Shown: positions 1 through 9,817, counted from the stretch's first letter. The stretch is 64,000 bases of DNA from Oscillospiraceae bacterium (GCA_015064415.1 SVSG01000001.1:76206-140205), one strand, 5' to 3'. A program made the numbers and translations. Notes: generated by a model not told the origin, from the letters alone.

Positions 1-660
1 CAAGCGTGTTTCCTCCGTCCTTGTGACGCGTGTCATGCGGTGTGAAAGCGTCGCGCGCAGATCGTTCCATCTCGCCGCGAAGGATCGCGTGCCGCTTTCC
101 AGAAAAACAAGATCATCCGTGTCCTTCAACAGCAAAAGCGCCGTGGCACCCTCAGACCTGTAATGATAGACCACACCCTCGTCATATGCTTCAAAGGAAA
201 GGTCATGCACCGAAACGCTTGCCACGAATCTGTCGTTTATGTAAAACGGAAACGCCTGCTCGGTGCGCAAAAGCGCCGTTGCATCGGCCTCCTTGCCGTT
301 CAGCGTGTGCACGCGTACCAGGGCCTGCGCGCCGTACGCGTTGCTGTGCGTGACCTCGATCACAGAGATCTCAGCCCGCACCTCTTCGCCCATTTTATCC
401 TTCCATACATGCTGTGCGCGGTAAGAGTCAAGCAATACGCGCCCTGTCCCAATGCAAAGAGCCGCAAGCAACAAAAACACGAAAAGACGCGTATACGAGC
501 TTTTGCGGCGCAGGAAAAGAATCAAGAAAAGAGCGGCCGCGACGGCAAAAAGCGCGGTAACGACAAAAAGCAGCCGGAAAGGCAGGAAATAGGCAAGAAA
601 AGTGACGATCAAAAGCCCTGCACAGGCAAGCGCCAGCGGGCGGTTTTTGAAAATTGCCAT
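1..660 (-). CDS. Membrane protein, ComEC/Rec2-like N-terminus (partial; 3' end lies outside the window)
   Basis: Absent from the ORF track because it has no stop codon inside the window. My reverse-strand translation from ATG 660-658 (GGAGGG 5 nt upstream) stays open for 220 codons to the window edge: MAIFKNRPLALACAGLLIVTFLAYFLPFRLLFVVTALFAVAAALFLILFL... It has several N-terminal TM helices and then a soluble beta-rich segment, as in ComEC N-termini (DUF4131-like). The family call is from memory of that architecture. Confidence 0.45.
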   Translation of the reverse strand, partial: MAIFKNRPLALACAGLLIVTFLAYFLPFRLLFVVTALFAVAAALFLILFLRRKSSYTRLFVFLLLAALCIGTGRVLLDSYRAQHVWKDKMGEEVRAEISVIEVTHSNAYGAQALVRVHTLNGKEADATALLRTEQAFPFYINDRFVASVSVHDLSFEAYDEGVVYHYRSEGATALLLLKDTDDLVFLESGTRSFAARWNDLRATLSHRMTRVTRTEETRL

Positions 661-745
661 ATTTTCCCTCCTTTATCCTTTTTTCGCCATTATACGACAA
701 ATACTGCCATTCTGTCAACTCTTGACCCCTTTTTTGGGAAAATAC

Positions 746-773
746 TTGACAAAATCTGTTTTTTGGTTATAAT
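746..773 (+). promoter_or_regulatory. Sigma-A type promoter of the ACP gene
   Basis: TTGACA (746-751), 16-nt spacer, TATAAT (768-773). It lies 45 nt upstream of ATG 819. Confidence 0.55.
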
Positions 774-818
774 TAAAGTATCAAATAACGTCCCGCGCGG
801 GACGCCGGAGGAATTGTT

Positions 819-1040
819 ATGTTTGAAAAGTTGAAGGCACTGTTGGTTGAAGAGCTGCAGATTGATGAAAATGATATCTCCATGGAAGCAGAGCTTTCCA
901 ACGACCTGAATATCAACTCGATCGAGCTTGCCGATCTTGTCATGATGTGCGAGGAAAAGTTCGGTATCGAAATTTCCGAGACCGACTCCAACAAGTTCAT
1001 CACCGTCGGCGACGTGGTCAACTATCTGGAATCTCTTTAA
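819..1040 (+). CDS. Acyl carrier protein family, stand-alone (73 aa)
   Basis: Small acidic four-helix pattern. The phosphopantetheine-site region LNINSIELADLVM resembles the DSL/DSI motif of ACPs. GGAGG lies 7 nt before the ATG. Confidence 0.8.
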   Translation: MFEKLKALLVEELQIDENDISMEAELSNDLNINSIELADLVMMCEEKFGIEISETDSNKFITVGDVVNYLESL

Positions 1041-1050
1041 TCTCTATAAG

Positions 1051-1083
1051 AAAAGGCGGGCGCCGCGGCGCCCGCCTTTTCTT
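1051..1083 (+). terminator. Rho-independent terminator after the ACP gene
   Basis: GC-rich palindrome ggcgggcgcc/ggcgcccgcc (1055-1076) flanked by AAAA and TTTTCTT. Confidence 0.7.
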
Positions 1084-1144
1084 ATGGCATTTTTCTCTTC
1101 CCCACGGCATATAATTTGCCAAATATCTGCCGTGAGGTGCTGTT

Positions 1145-1888
1145 ATGAAAAAACACGGAAGCTTTTTTGCTTTCTTAGCACTGTTTGTGTGTTGCGGGCT
1201 GATCGCCTCCGCACTTTTTTACCATGCCGAGGGCCTTTTTGGTGCAATGCTGACCAATGCCGCGGAAAAAGACGCGCCCGTGATCATTCTTGACGCGGGA
1301 CACGGCGGCGAGGACGGCGGCGCCACGGGGACGAACGGCGTGCCGGAAAAGGATCTCAACTTGTCGCTTTCCCGCACGCTGGCGGCACTTTTGCGCGGTG
1401 CGGGCTATACCGTGGTGCAAACGCGCACCGAGGATAAGCTGCTTTACCCTGCGGGCACGAAAAAGGGGCACAAAAAGCAAGGGGACCTCACGGCTCGTCT
1501 TGCTTATACCGAAAAATATCCGAACAGCATCTTCGTTAGCATCCATATGAACACCTTTCCCCTGCCCGATTGCGAGGGCGTGCAGGTCTGGTACTCGGAA
1601 AATCACGAAAATTCTGCCGTATTGGCAAAAGCCATTCAGGAAAACGTGAAGGCACTCTTGCAGCCAAGCAACCACCGCCGTATCAAGGCCGCCACAAGCA
1701 GTATTTATATCCTCAAGCACGCCAAAACACCTGCGGTGCTGGTGGAGTGCGGTTTTTTGTCCACACCTGCGGAATGCGCGCTTTTGTCGGATGCCGCGTA
1801 TCGCCAAAAGCTGGCGCTTGTGCTATTTGATGCCATCTGCGATAATTTGCGATCCGCCACTTGCGAAAGTGAGGAAAATGATGTATAA
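1145..1888 (+). CDS. cwlD: N-acetylmuramoyl-L-alanine amidase, CwlD-like (germination-specific)
   Basis: N-terminal TM helix followed by the amidase_3 motifs IILDAGHGGEDGGATG, SIHMN and VLVECGFLS. Size and layout match CwlD. Confidence 0.7.
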   Translation: MKKHGSFFAFLALFVCCGLIASALFYHAEGLFGAMLTNAAEKDAPVIILDAGHGGEDGGATGTNGVPEKDLNLSLSRTLAALLRGAGYTVVQTRTEDKLLYPAGTKKGHKKQGDLTARLAYTEKYPNSIFVSIHMNTFPLPDCEGVQVWYSENHENSAVLAKAIQENVKALLQPSNHRRIKAATSSIYILKHAKTPAVLVECGFLSTPAECALLSDAAYRQKLALVLFDAICDNLRSATCESEENDV

Positions 1889-1918
1889 TGAAAGCAGTAA
1901 AGTGCTTTGGAGGTCGAA

Positions 1919-3304
1919 ATGAAGGGACTGAAAACCGTTTATATCTGCTCGGAATGCACCGCGCGCTCCCCGAAATGGATGGGAAAATGCCCCACCTGCG
2001 GCGCGTGGAACAGCTTTGTGGAGGACGTGGAGGAGCAAGCCATCAAGGAAGCGCCCACCGCCCGTCGCGCGCTCACGGCGCGTGAGGGCACGCGCCATGC
2101 CGTTCCCTACAAGCAAATGGAGATGCCGAGCTATATCCGCACCGCCACGGGTCTTGGTGAGCTGGATCGCGTGCTTGGCGGCGGCCTGGTGCTTGGCTCC
2201 GTTGTCTTGCTTGCAGGTGAGCCCGGTATCGGCAAATCCACGCTGCTGATGCAGATCTCCGACATCGTGGGCACGCGGCGCAAGGTGCTGTACGTGTCGG
2301 GCGAGGAATCCGACGGACAGCTGAAGCTTCGTGCCGAGCGCCTTGGCGTGCAGGGCGATAACCTTTCCATCCTTACGGAAACGAATATCGAGCATATTTT
2401 AGAGGAAATTTCGCGTGTAAAACCCGAGGTTTTGATCGTGGACTCGATCCAGACCATTTACAGCAGTGCCATTTCCTCCACGCAGGGCACGGTCACGCAG
2501 GTGAAGGAAACCGCCCTTGCCTTTATCAATCGCGCGAAAACCGACAATATTTCCGTCATTCTGGTCGGTCATGTCAACAAGGAGGGCACCATTGCGGGCC
2601 CCAAGGTGCTGGAGCACATGGTGGACGCGGTGCTTTACTTTGAGGGTGAGCGCCAGCAGACCTACCGCATCATCCGCGCCATCAAGAACCGCTACGGCTC
2701 CACCAACGAGATCGGCGTGTTCGAAATGACGGACGAAGGGCTTTGCGAGGTGGAGAACCCCTCGGAAATGCTGCTCGACGGCAGACCGAAGGAAACGCCC
2801 GGCAACTGTGCCGTCTGCACGATGGAGGGCACGCGCCCTTTGATTGCGGAAATTCAGGCGCTTGTTTCCCCCACCACCTTCCCCGCGCCGCGCCGCACCT
2901 CCAACGGCATCGATTATAACCGTCTGTGCCTCATTTTGGCGGTACTGGAAAAGCGCTTGGGGCTTCGTTTTTCACAAAATGACGTCTACTTAAACGTCAT
3001 CGGTGGTCTGCACTTGGACGAGCCCGCCTCGGATATGGCGGTCGCGATGGCGCTCATTTCCTCGCTTACCGACCGCGCCGTGCCCGATGACCTGATCGCC
3101 ATCGGCGAGCTGGGGCTTTCGGGCGAATGCCGCGCCGTTTCGGGGCTTGACCACCGCGTCAAGGAGGCGGCACGCCTTGGCTTCACCCGCGCCGTGGTCC
3201 CCGCCAGAAACTTAGAAAAACGCAAGATCAAGGCCGACATTCAGCTCATCCCCATCGGCTCTATTTTTGAGATTTTGAAGCTACTTGCACCCAAACAAAA
3301 CTAA
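1919..3304 (+). CDS. radA: DNA repair protein RadA/Sms
   Basis: Zinc ribbon CSECTARSPKWMGKCPTCGAWNSF, Walker A GEPGIGKST, KNRYG motif and Lon-like C-terminus. The start is moved to ATG 1919 (GGAGG 5 nt upstream) from the track's TTG at 1907. Confidence 0.95.
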   Translation: MKGLKTVYICSECTARSPKWMGKCPTCGAWNSFVEDVEEQAIKEAPTARRALTAREGTRHAVPYKQMEMPSYIRTATGLGELDRVLGGGLVLGSVVLLAGEPGIGKSTLLMQISDIVGTRRKVLYVSGEESDGQLKLRAERLGVQGDNLSILTETNIEHILEEISRVKPEVLIVDSIQTIYSSAISSTQGTVTQVKETALAFINRAKTDNISVILVGHVNKEGTIAGPKVLEHMVDAVLYFEGERQQTYRIIRAIKNRYGSTNEIGVFEMTDEGLCEVENPSEMLLDGRPKETPGNCAVCTMEGTRPLIAEIQALVSPTTFPAPRRTSNGIDYNRLCLILAVLEKRLGLRFSQNDVYLNVIGGLHLDEPASDMAVAMALISSLTDRAVPDDLIAIGELGLSGECRAVSGLDHRVKEAARLGFTRAVVPARNLEKRKIKADIQLIPIGSIFEILKLLAPKQN

Positions 3305-3312
3305 AAAAGGAA

Positions 3313-3345
3313 ACAGGCACGCGCCGCAGCGCGTGCCTGTCTTTT
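3313..3345. terminator. Bidirectional terminator between convergent radA and the GH78 gene
   Basis: A 12-bp stem acaggcacgcgc/gcgcgtgcctgt (3313-3340) with A-run upstream and T-run downstream. Confidence 0.7.
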
Positions 3346-3353
3346 GCATCTAT

Positions 3354-5969
3354 TTAACTACATATTGCTTGAATCTCATATTCTCCCGATTCAAGCAAAA
3401 CGTTACGAGAAAACACGCTCCCGTTCACGATCAGTTCGTTTGCAAAATCAAGGCAAAGGCGACAAGTCGAATTTGCCGGAACGAACAAACGGTATTTCCA
3501 TCCCTTTTCATTTCGTGAAAAAGAGAGCGCGATGTTTCCGCTTGCGGTATCGAAAGAAACAGAAAGCTCTTGAATACTTTTGATATGGCACGGGCGAAGC
3601 AAAAACTCCTTAAATCCGGGCGCTGTCGGCAAAATTCCCGCAAGATGCGTATAGTACGCATACAAAAAGCTACCGTGCATGGGGTGATTATAGGAGCCAA
3701 CGCCCTTTTCTCGCGGCATAACCGCTCGCATATCCAATTGCTCGTAAAGAGTCGTGCCCCCTTCGTCCAACAAGGTGGCAAAGCTATCCGTGCTTTTGTG
3801 AAACAAAATATCATACACAACATCACCGCACCCGCACTCCAAAAGCGCCGGAATGAGATATTTGTTGGCGTAGATCCCCGTCGGCATCGCATAGTTATCC
3901 TCTTTGATTCTACAGATCAAAGCCGCCAGTAAGTCCTTCTTTTCCCCCTCGGGATAAAGCCCCAATTTCAAGGCAACACCATCCGTGCCCCAATAGCCGT
4001 AGGAGTGCTTCTCCCGCTCATAAAACTTCTCAATAAATGCGCGCTTTATGTGAAGCGCCAGATCTGCGTAATACCCGGCATCGCCCAGCGAAAGTGCCTC
4101 ACAAAGCTCAGACATCATGAAGCTAAGCTCAAAAAGCATCATCGTGGAGGAATGCACCGTTGGCATACGGCGTGGAGACTCTAATCCGCATGGGGGATTC
4201 CAATCCCCATACGTTACCCTGTCCTCGCGGTCATAAAAAATAAAATTCTCGGCGCTTGCGAGCTCCTCTTCATAAAAGCGGCGCATCAATTTAAAATTTT
4301 TCCTTACCGTTTGCGTATCTCCGCAATATTTGTACATGTAATAAGGAATTATGATTAGCGCACACCCCCAAAGAGGCGCCGCCTTACCGCAGGTGCGCTT
4401 GCCGGGTGCGATATTGGGAACATATCCAAGCTGCAGAGCGCTTGTACGAATGTCCTGTACATATTTTTCGTAGCATGCCAGCGAATCGTAGGAAATCAGT
4501 CCCCAATTGACAAGGACTTGCGCATCACCGAGCCAGCCGCAACGCTCACGTACAGGGCAATCCTCCGGGAAGCCGTGAAAATTTGAGCGGAAGGTATTAT
4601 CCATGACTCGATACAAGCGATTCCAATAAGGATCCGAGCAATGAAAGTCGGCAACTTTTGCAAAATCCGTTGACAACTGCAACGCCTTGCACATAGAAGG
4701 AGTCGGTTGCGTTGCGTATCCGTTGGAAACGTCAAAAAAGCCGGTCATTTCCACATAGCGAAATCCGTGATAGGTAAAGCGAGGTCTGTATACCTCTCCG
4801 TCAGGATCACCGCGGCAAATATAGATATCTTGTTGGATGCATTGTGTGGCGTATCCGCCCGTGGAACGATAATCAGGTGCGCCGCCTGCATTCAAAGCTT
4901 CTGCGTATCGGAAGGTATAAAGCGCCCCTTTTGGGGACGGGGGCAAATGAAATTCCGGCACTCCCGCAATATTTTCACCAATGTCAAAGAGCCACGCGCT
5001 GTCACGCTCGCCGCTCACAGAGCGAACGGACGCGGCAGGCAGCTCGCGCAAAACGCGTACGGGTGGGATATCACAGGGCAACAATTTACCCTTTGGAGAC
5101 TGCTCCTCTATCACGCTGCACCAACCGTCTTCCTCGCCTTCAAACTGTGCGAAATCTGAAGTTTCAAGACGCGCATCGTAAATCTCCCCGGCATAAACAT
5201 TGTTCATCGTAATGGGGCTATATCGATACATCCAATCGGTGGTATTCGTTGCAATTTCGCGGGTAGTGCCGTCCAAAAGTTCAATGAACAGCTTTAATTT
5301 CACGCACGGAGAGCCATAGCAACGCGACGCTCCTCCCTTGCTGCCGGGCAAAGCGCGCCCTTGTCCCCAAAAGCCATTTCCCAGCCAAACAACAATGGCG
5401 TTACCGCCATCCCGCAAAAGCGAGGTCACATCTATTTTTCGATAATAGACCTCTGTCGTATAGTTTGACATAGGGGGGTCTATAAAACAGTCGTCTGCGC
5501 GGTATCCGTTTACGTAATATTCCGCATAGCCAAGACCGCAAGCGTACAGGGTGGCGCGTTTTGTCCCAGTTACATTGAATTTACTACGCAAAAAAGGCGA
5601 CCATTCAGGTATCATCTGCGAGGGGGTGATCCAAAGTGCGCCCTCCCAGTCACGCTCGTCAAGTGCTGTCGAAAAGTGCAATGTTTTTGTAGCCGCTTCG
5701 CCGCCTGAATCCGAAACGTCGAGCTGAAGCGTATAATCGCTTCCGGACTCTAAAAGGAGACCGGGTGCCTCTATGTCAAACGATCTGTCCGATAAAACGA
5801 CATCGCTATCATATACGCTCTTCTCATTCTTAAAAATCCGAAGCCGATATGAGATCTGCCACACCCCTTTGAAGTCGGAACGAAGCTTCCATGCGAAGCG
5901 AAGGTCTTGCAAACGTACCATCTGAGGCGCCTTGTTATGATTGATGCTCAGATCGTATAATGTTAGCAT
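3354..5969 (-). CDS. Alpha-L-rhamnosidase, glycoside hydrolase family 78 (871 aa, no signal peptide)
   Basis: The N-terminal pattern LRFAWKL...WQISYRLRIF matches GH78 N-domains. The six-hairpin catalytic motif FPEDCPVRERCGWLGDAQV is also present. Confidence 0.85.
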   Translation of the reverse strand: MLTLYDLSINHNKAPQMVRLQDLRFAWKLRSDFKGVWQISYRLRIFKNEKSVYDSDVVLSDRSFDIEAPGLLLESGSDYTLQLDVSDSGGEAATKTLHFSTALDERDWEGALWITPSQMIPEWSPFLRSKFNVTGTKRATLYACGLGYAEYYVNGYRADDCFIDPPMSNYTTEVYYRKIDVTSLLRDGGNAIVVWLGNGFWGQGRALPGSKGGASRCYGSPCVKLKLFIELLDGTTREIATNTTDWMYRYSPITMNNVYAGEIYDARLETSDFAQFEGEEDGWCSVIEEQSPKGKLLPCDIPPVRVLRELPAASVRSVSGERDSAWLFDIGENIAGVPEFHLPPSPKGALYTFRYAEALNAGGAPDYRSTGGYATQCIQQDIYICRGDPDGEVYRPRFTYHGFRYVEMTGFFDVSNGYATQPTPSMCKALQLSTDFAKVADFHCSDPYWNRLYRVMDNTFRSNFHGFPEDCPVRERCGWLGDAQVLVNWGLISYDSLACYEKYVQDIRTSALQLGYVPNIAPGKRTCGKAAPLWGCALIIIPYYMYKYCGDTQTVRKNFKLMRRFYEEELASAENFIFYDREDRVTYGDWNPPCGLESPRRMPTVHSSTMMLFELSFMMSELCEALSLGDAGYYADLALHIKRAFIEKFYEREKHSYGYWGTDGVALKLGLYPEGEKKDLLAALICRIKEDNYAMPTGIYANKYLIPALLECGCGDVVYDILFHKSTDSFATLLDEGGTTLYEQLDMRAVMPREKGVGSYNHPMHGSFLYAYYTHLAGILPTAPGFKEFLLRPCHIKSIQELSVSFDTASGNIALSFSRNEKGWKYRLFVPANSTCRLCLDFANELIVNGSVFSRNVLLESGEYEIQAICS

Positions 5970-5983
5970 ATCGCTGCCCCCCC

Positions 5984-8491
5984 TTAATGCGTATCGTACC
6001 AGTTCTCGCCCGTGGCGGCCTCTACCTTGAGCTTGACCGCAAGCGAAACGGCGTTTTCCATCTCGCTTACAAGAATTTCGCGCGCCTTGTCAGCGACGTC
6101 CTTGTGACACTCGACGATCAGTTCGTCGTGCACCTGCAACACAAGTCGCGCGTCAAGTCCGCTTGCCGCGAGCTTTTCTGCCACGCGGATCATCGCGATC
6201 TTGATGATGTCGGCGGCGGTGCCCTGAATGGGGCTGTTCATCGCCACGCGCTCGCCAAAGTGTTGCATGTTTTTATTCTGCATTTTCAGCTCGGGGATAT
6301 AGCGTCTGCGACCGAACAGCGTGGTCACAAACCCGTCGCGGTACGCTTGCTCGATCACACCCTTGAGGTAAGCGTCAATGCTCGGATAAGCGGCAAAATA
6401 GCTGTTGATATACTCCTTTGCCTTGGCGACGGGAATGTGCAGATCCTCGGAAAGGCTGAACGCGCCCATGCCGTAAAGAATACCGAAATTGACCGCTTTC
6501 GCGCGCTTGCGAAGGTCGGGGGTGACCATCTCGCGCGGCACACCAAACACAGTCGCGGCGGTGGCGGTGTGGATGTCCTCGCCGCTTGCAAATGCCGTGA
6601 TCATCTGTTCATCATTTGAAAGCGCTGCAAGCAAACGAAGCTCGATTTGCGAGTAGTCTGCGTCAATTAATAAATAATCGTTCTTCTCGGGAATAAAATA
6701 GCGCCGCAATTCCTTGCCAAGCTCGGTGCGGATCGGGATGTTTTGCAGGTTCGGCTCGGCGGAGGAAAGCCGCCCCGTGGCAGTACCCGTCTGCTTAAAG
6801 ACGGTGTGAATACGCCCGTCCTCCTCGATCTGCTTCACCAGCCCCTCGGCATAGGTGCTGTTTAATTTCGTCACCTGACGGTAGTCTAAAATATCCTCAA
6901 TGATCTCGTGATAGGGGCGCAATTTTTCCAGCACCTCGGCATTGGTGGAATACCCCGTTTTCGTCTTTTTGCCGTGCGGCAGCGAAAGACGCTCGAACAG
7001 CACCTCACCGAGCTGCTTGGGCGATTGGATGTTGAACTCTCCTCCCGCGTGATAGTAGATGCGTTCCGCCAATTCCTTTGCCACCGTGGAAAGCTGTTCG
7101 CCGTAGCTGACAAGCCCCTCGCGATTGACGCGGAAGCCGATCAGCTCCATATCCGCCAGCACCGCGCAAAGCGGCATTTCGATCTCGTAAAGCAAGCTGC
7201 CCGCATTCTCGTTTTCAATGCGATCCTTGGTCTCGCGGTAAAGGGCCATTACCGAGAGCAGATCGTGCGGGGGCTCTGCGGGCGTGGTGCCAAGATACTG
7301 CAATGCAAGGCGCGAGAGGTCAAATCCGCCCTCCCCTGCATTGAGCACGTAGCACGCCAGCATCGTGTCATAATATGCACCGCGATAGGTGATCCCCTTG
7401 CCCGCCAGCGTTTTATAAAGCGTTTTTGCATCGTGGCAAACGATCTTTTTGCCGCTTGCAAGCAGACATTTCAAACTCTCGTCGGTAATTTCGCGGATGC
7501 TCTCACCGTCCGAGCAGAAATTGCCCTTTTCATACACGCCAAGTGCTACCACATCGGGCAGATCGGCAATATTTTCGCACGCCACCACCTCGGGAAGCGG
7601 TACTTGCTCGGTGCTTGCCACCGTTTCCGCAGCGTCAAGCCCCATGCGCTTGATGAAGCTGTGAAACTCAAATTTTGTGAAAAGTGCGCGACATTCCGCG
7701 CGGTGGGGGCCATCGTAGGCATAGCTCTCCAAGCCGCCCGCAAGCGGCACCTCGCGGCAAATTCTTGCCAGCTTTTGAGAAAGGAAGGCGCTATCCTTCC
7801 CCTCCTCCAGCTTGCGGCGCACAGAGGACGTGAGCTGTGCCTCGGGAAGGTCGTTGTATACCCCTTCAAGCGAGCCGTGCTCTGCGATCAATTTCAGCGC
7901 CGTTTTTTCGCCGATGCCGGGCACACCGGGGATGTTATCGGAGCTATCCCCCATCAGCGCCTTGACGTCCACGAACTGCGTGCTTTCCACGCCGTATTTC
8001 TCGCGGAATTGCTCTTTTCCCATCAGAACGGTGTCGTTATTGGTGGCAAGCAGGATATGCACACGATCCGAGATCAGCTGCAGCGCGTCGCGGTCGCCTG
8101 TCAGAATATACGCCTCAAAGTCCTCTTCCTCCGCCATTCTCGACAGCGTACCGAGGATATCGTCCGCCTCATAGCCCGCAAGCTCCAGCGGCACAAAGCC
8201 AAGCGCGGCGGCCGTTTCTTTTGCCAAGGGCAACTGCACTGCCAGCTCCTCGGGCATCGGCTTGCGTCCCGCCTTATATGCCTCAAACATCTCGTGGCGG
8301 AAGGTGGGGTGTTTCAGATCAAACGCGATCGCGCAAAAATCCGGCTTGACAGCCGTGAGATTGCGCTCCAGAATATTTACCATGCCGAAAAGCGCGTTGG
8401 TGGGCAGCCCCTCCTTGGTGGAAAGCGGGCGCACGCCGTAAAACGCACGATTGAGTATACTGTTGCCGTCAACGGCCAAAATTTTCTTCAT
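5984..8491 (-). CDS. polA: DNA polymerase I
   Basis: 5'-nuclease N-terminus (LAVDGNSILNRAFYG), family A polymerase motifs (DYSQIELRLLA, RRxAKAVNFGILYG, QVHDEL). Confidence 0.97.
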   Translation of the reverse strand: MKKILAVDGNSILNRAFYGVRPLSTKEGLPTNALFGMVNILERNLTAVKPDFCAIAFDLKHPTFRHEMFEAYKAGRKPMPEELAVQLPLAKETAAALGFVPLELAGYEADDILGTLSRMAEEEDFEAYILTGDRDALQLISDRVHILLATNNDTVLMGKEQFREKYGVESTQFVDVKALMGDSSDNIPGVPGIGEKTALKLIAEHGSLEGVYNDLPEAQLTSSVRRKLEEGKDSAFLSQKLARICREVPLAGGLESYAYDGPHRAECRALFTKFEFHSFIKRMGLDAAETVASTEQVPLPEVVACENIADLPDVVALGVYEKGNFCSDGESIREITDESLKCLLASGKKIVCHDAKTLYKTLAGKGITYRGAYYDTMLACYVLNAGEGGFDLSRLALQYLGTTPAEPPHDLLSVMALYRETKDRIENENAGSLLYEIEMPLCAVLADMELIGFRVNREGLVSYGEQLSTVAKELAERIYYHAGGEFNIQSPKQLGEVLFERLSLPHGKKTKTGYSTNAEVLEKLRPYHEIIEDILDYRQVTKLNSTYAEGLVKQIEEDGRIHTVFKQTGTATGRLSSAEPNLQNIPIRTELGKELRRYFIPEKNDYLLIDADYSQIELRLLAALSNDEQMITAFASGEDIHTATAATVFGVPREMVTPDLRKRAKAVNFGILYGMGAFSLSEDLHIPVAKAKEYINSYFAAYPSIDAYLKGVIEQAYRDGFVTTLFGRRRYIPELKMQNKNMQHFGERVAMNSPIQGTAADIIKIAMIRVAEKLAASGLDARLVLQVHDELIVECHKDVADKAREILVSEMENAVSLAVKLKVEAATGENWYDTH

Positions 8492-8533
8492 AACGTCCTC
8501 CCCTCCCGCAAACGCGGCGGAAATCTACTTATT

Positions 8534-8562
8534 ATTTTACCATTTTTTCGCCGCCGTGTCAA
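8534..8562 (-). promoter_or_regulatory. Candidate promoter of polA
   Basis: Minus strand reads TTGACA (8562-8557), 17-nt spacer ending in TGg, TAAAAT (8539-8534). Confidence 0.5.
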
Positions 8563-8591
8563 CAAAACAAGCGCTTTTTGCGCGTTATCTA

Positions 8592-8620
8592 TTGCCTTTT
8601 TGCGCATTTTGTGCTACAAT
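8592..8620 (+). promoter_or_regulatory. Candidate promoter of the 8650-10296 gene set
   Basis: TTGCCT (8592-8597), 17-nt spacer with TGc, TACAAT (8615-8620). Divergent from the polA promoter. Confidence 0.5.
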
Positions 8621-8649
8621 ATAAACAATGCTGTTACAAGGAGCCGTCT

Positions 8650-9081
8650 ATGAACTCAAAAGATTACGCCAAGCGTATTTTGCTTGGTACCTGCGTCTAT
8701 TATACCGTTGTCACGTTTCTGATCCTGTTTTTATATTTTCTCATCAATTTTGATCTTTCCGCAGGCGTGCACCCCGTCGCACTGATCACCATTTTGCCCT
8801 TTGCCTTCTTTTTTTCCGTCGCCAATACCATTTACCGCCACACGGAGCTTCCGACCTGGGCCAAGCTCCTCTTGCATTACGTCTTGACGGTCGGCGGCGC
8901 CTTTGTGTGTCTGTATCTGCCAAACAAAAACCCCTCCCAACAGACCGCCGCTTCCATGCTCCTTTTTGCGGTGTTTACGGTGATCTATTTCGTCATTATG
9001 GGCATTGTTTTGGCCGTGGCGGCACGCATCAAGCGCGTCAAACGCGACGAGGCAAATTATCACAGCGTATATAAAAAATAA
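8650..9081 (+). CDS. Small integral membrane protein (143 aa, 4 predicted TM helices), function unknown
   Basis: Hydrophobic helices in the translation. Start taken at ATG 8650 with AAGGAG upstream; the track ORF begins at an upstream TTG. Confidence 0.6.
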   Translation: MNSKDYAKRILLGTCVYYTVVTFLILFLYFLINFDLSAGVHPVALITILPFAFFFSVANTIYRHTELPTWAKLLLHYVLTVGGAFVCLYLPNKNPSQQTAASMLLFAVFTVIYFVIMGIVLAVAARIKRVKRDEANYHSVYKK

Positions 9082-9127
9082 TTCATACAAATAATACGGT
9101 TGCAACCCAAAAAGGGAGGTCTTTTTG

Positions 9128-9817
9128 ATGCGTTACAACCGTATTTTTTTCATTTTACTCGTTTTTACTCTTTTCTTCGGCTCCTGTCAGCAAACAAAAG
9201 CGGCGCAATCGGAACCACCGGAGGATTTTATACAAAAGGTCACCTTCCTCGGTGACTCCATCACCGCGCACATGGCGGCAAGAGCGCAGGTGAGCGCCGC
9301 GCAGATCTGGGCCACCAAGGAGCGCTATCTCAATCTGGACAGCCGCATCACTTACGCGAAGATCGTGGCGCCCGACACGGGCAAGGAGGATTTGATCGCG
9401 GATGTGGCGGCACGATTGAAGCCACCGTATCTTATCATCACGCTTGGCGTGGACTACGGGGTCTATTATTACCGAAACGATCTCGCGCTTCTTGTAAAAT
9501 ACTACGAAAAGCTGATCGACAGCATCGAAAGCGCCTCGCCGCAAACAAAGGTCATCTTGCAATCGATCTTCCCCGTCACGAAGGATTGCAAAAATATCAC
9601 CAACGAGATGATCGACAACGCTAACGCCGCGATTCGAGAGATGGCGGCGCGACGCGCTATTCCCTATTTGGATACGCAGTCGGTATTGCGGGATGAGGAC
9701 GGATTTTTGCGCGCGGCATACTGCTCCGACACGGACGGTATTCACCTGAGCGCAAGCGGCTATGAGCAAATATTATCCTATATCCGTGCCAAGGCAGAGA
9801 CAGCGGGGTGGGCGTGA
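9128..9817 (+). CDS. SGNH/GDSL-family hydrolase, probable lipoprotein
   Basis: Signal peptide ending FFGSC. Block I motif VTFLGDSITAHM and C-terminal DGIHLS (block V). Confidence 0.75.
   Translation: MRYNRIFFILLVFTLFFGSCQQTKAAQSEPPEDFIQKVTFLGDSITAHMAARAQVSAAQIWATKERYLNLDSRITYAKIVAPDTGKEDLIADVAARLKPPYLIITLGVDYGVYYYRNDLALLVKYYEKLIDSIESASPQTKVILQSIFPVTKDCKNITNEMIDNANAAIREMAARRAIPYLDTQSVLRDEDGFLRAAYCSDTDGIHLSASGYEQILSYIRAKAETAGWA

Noticed and set aside
163-834. Plus-strand 223-aa ORF, and minus-strand 96-aa ORF (428-718), at the left edge.
   Set aside because: Both overlap the better-supported edge-truncated minus-strand frame (1-660), which has a strong ribosome-binding site and a membrane-protein-like sequence. 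Their translations are Arg/Lys-rich low complexity.
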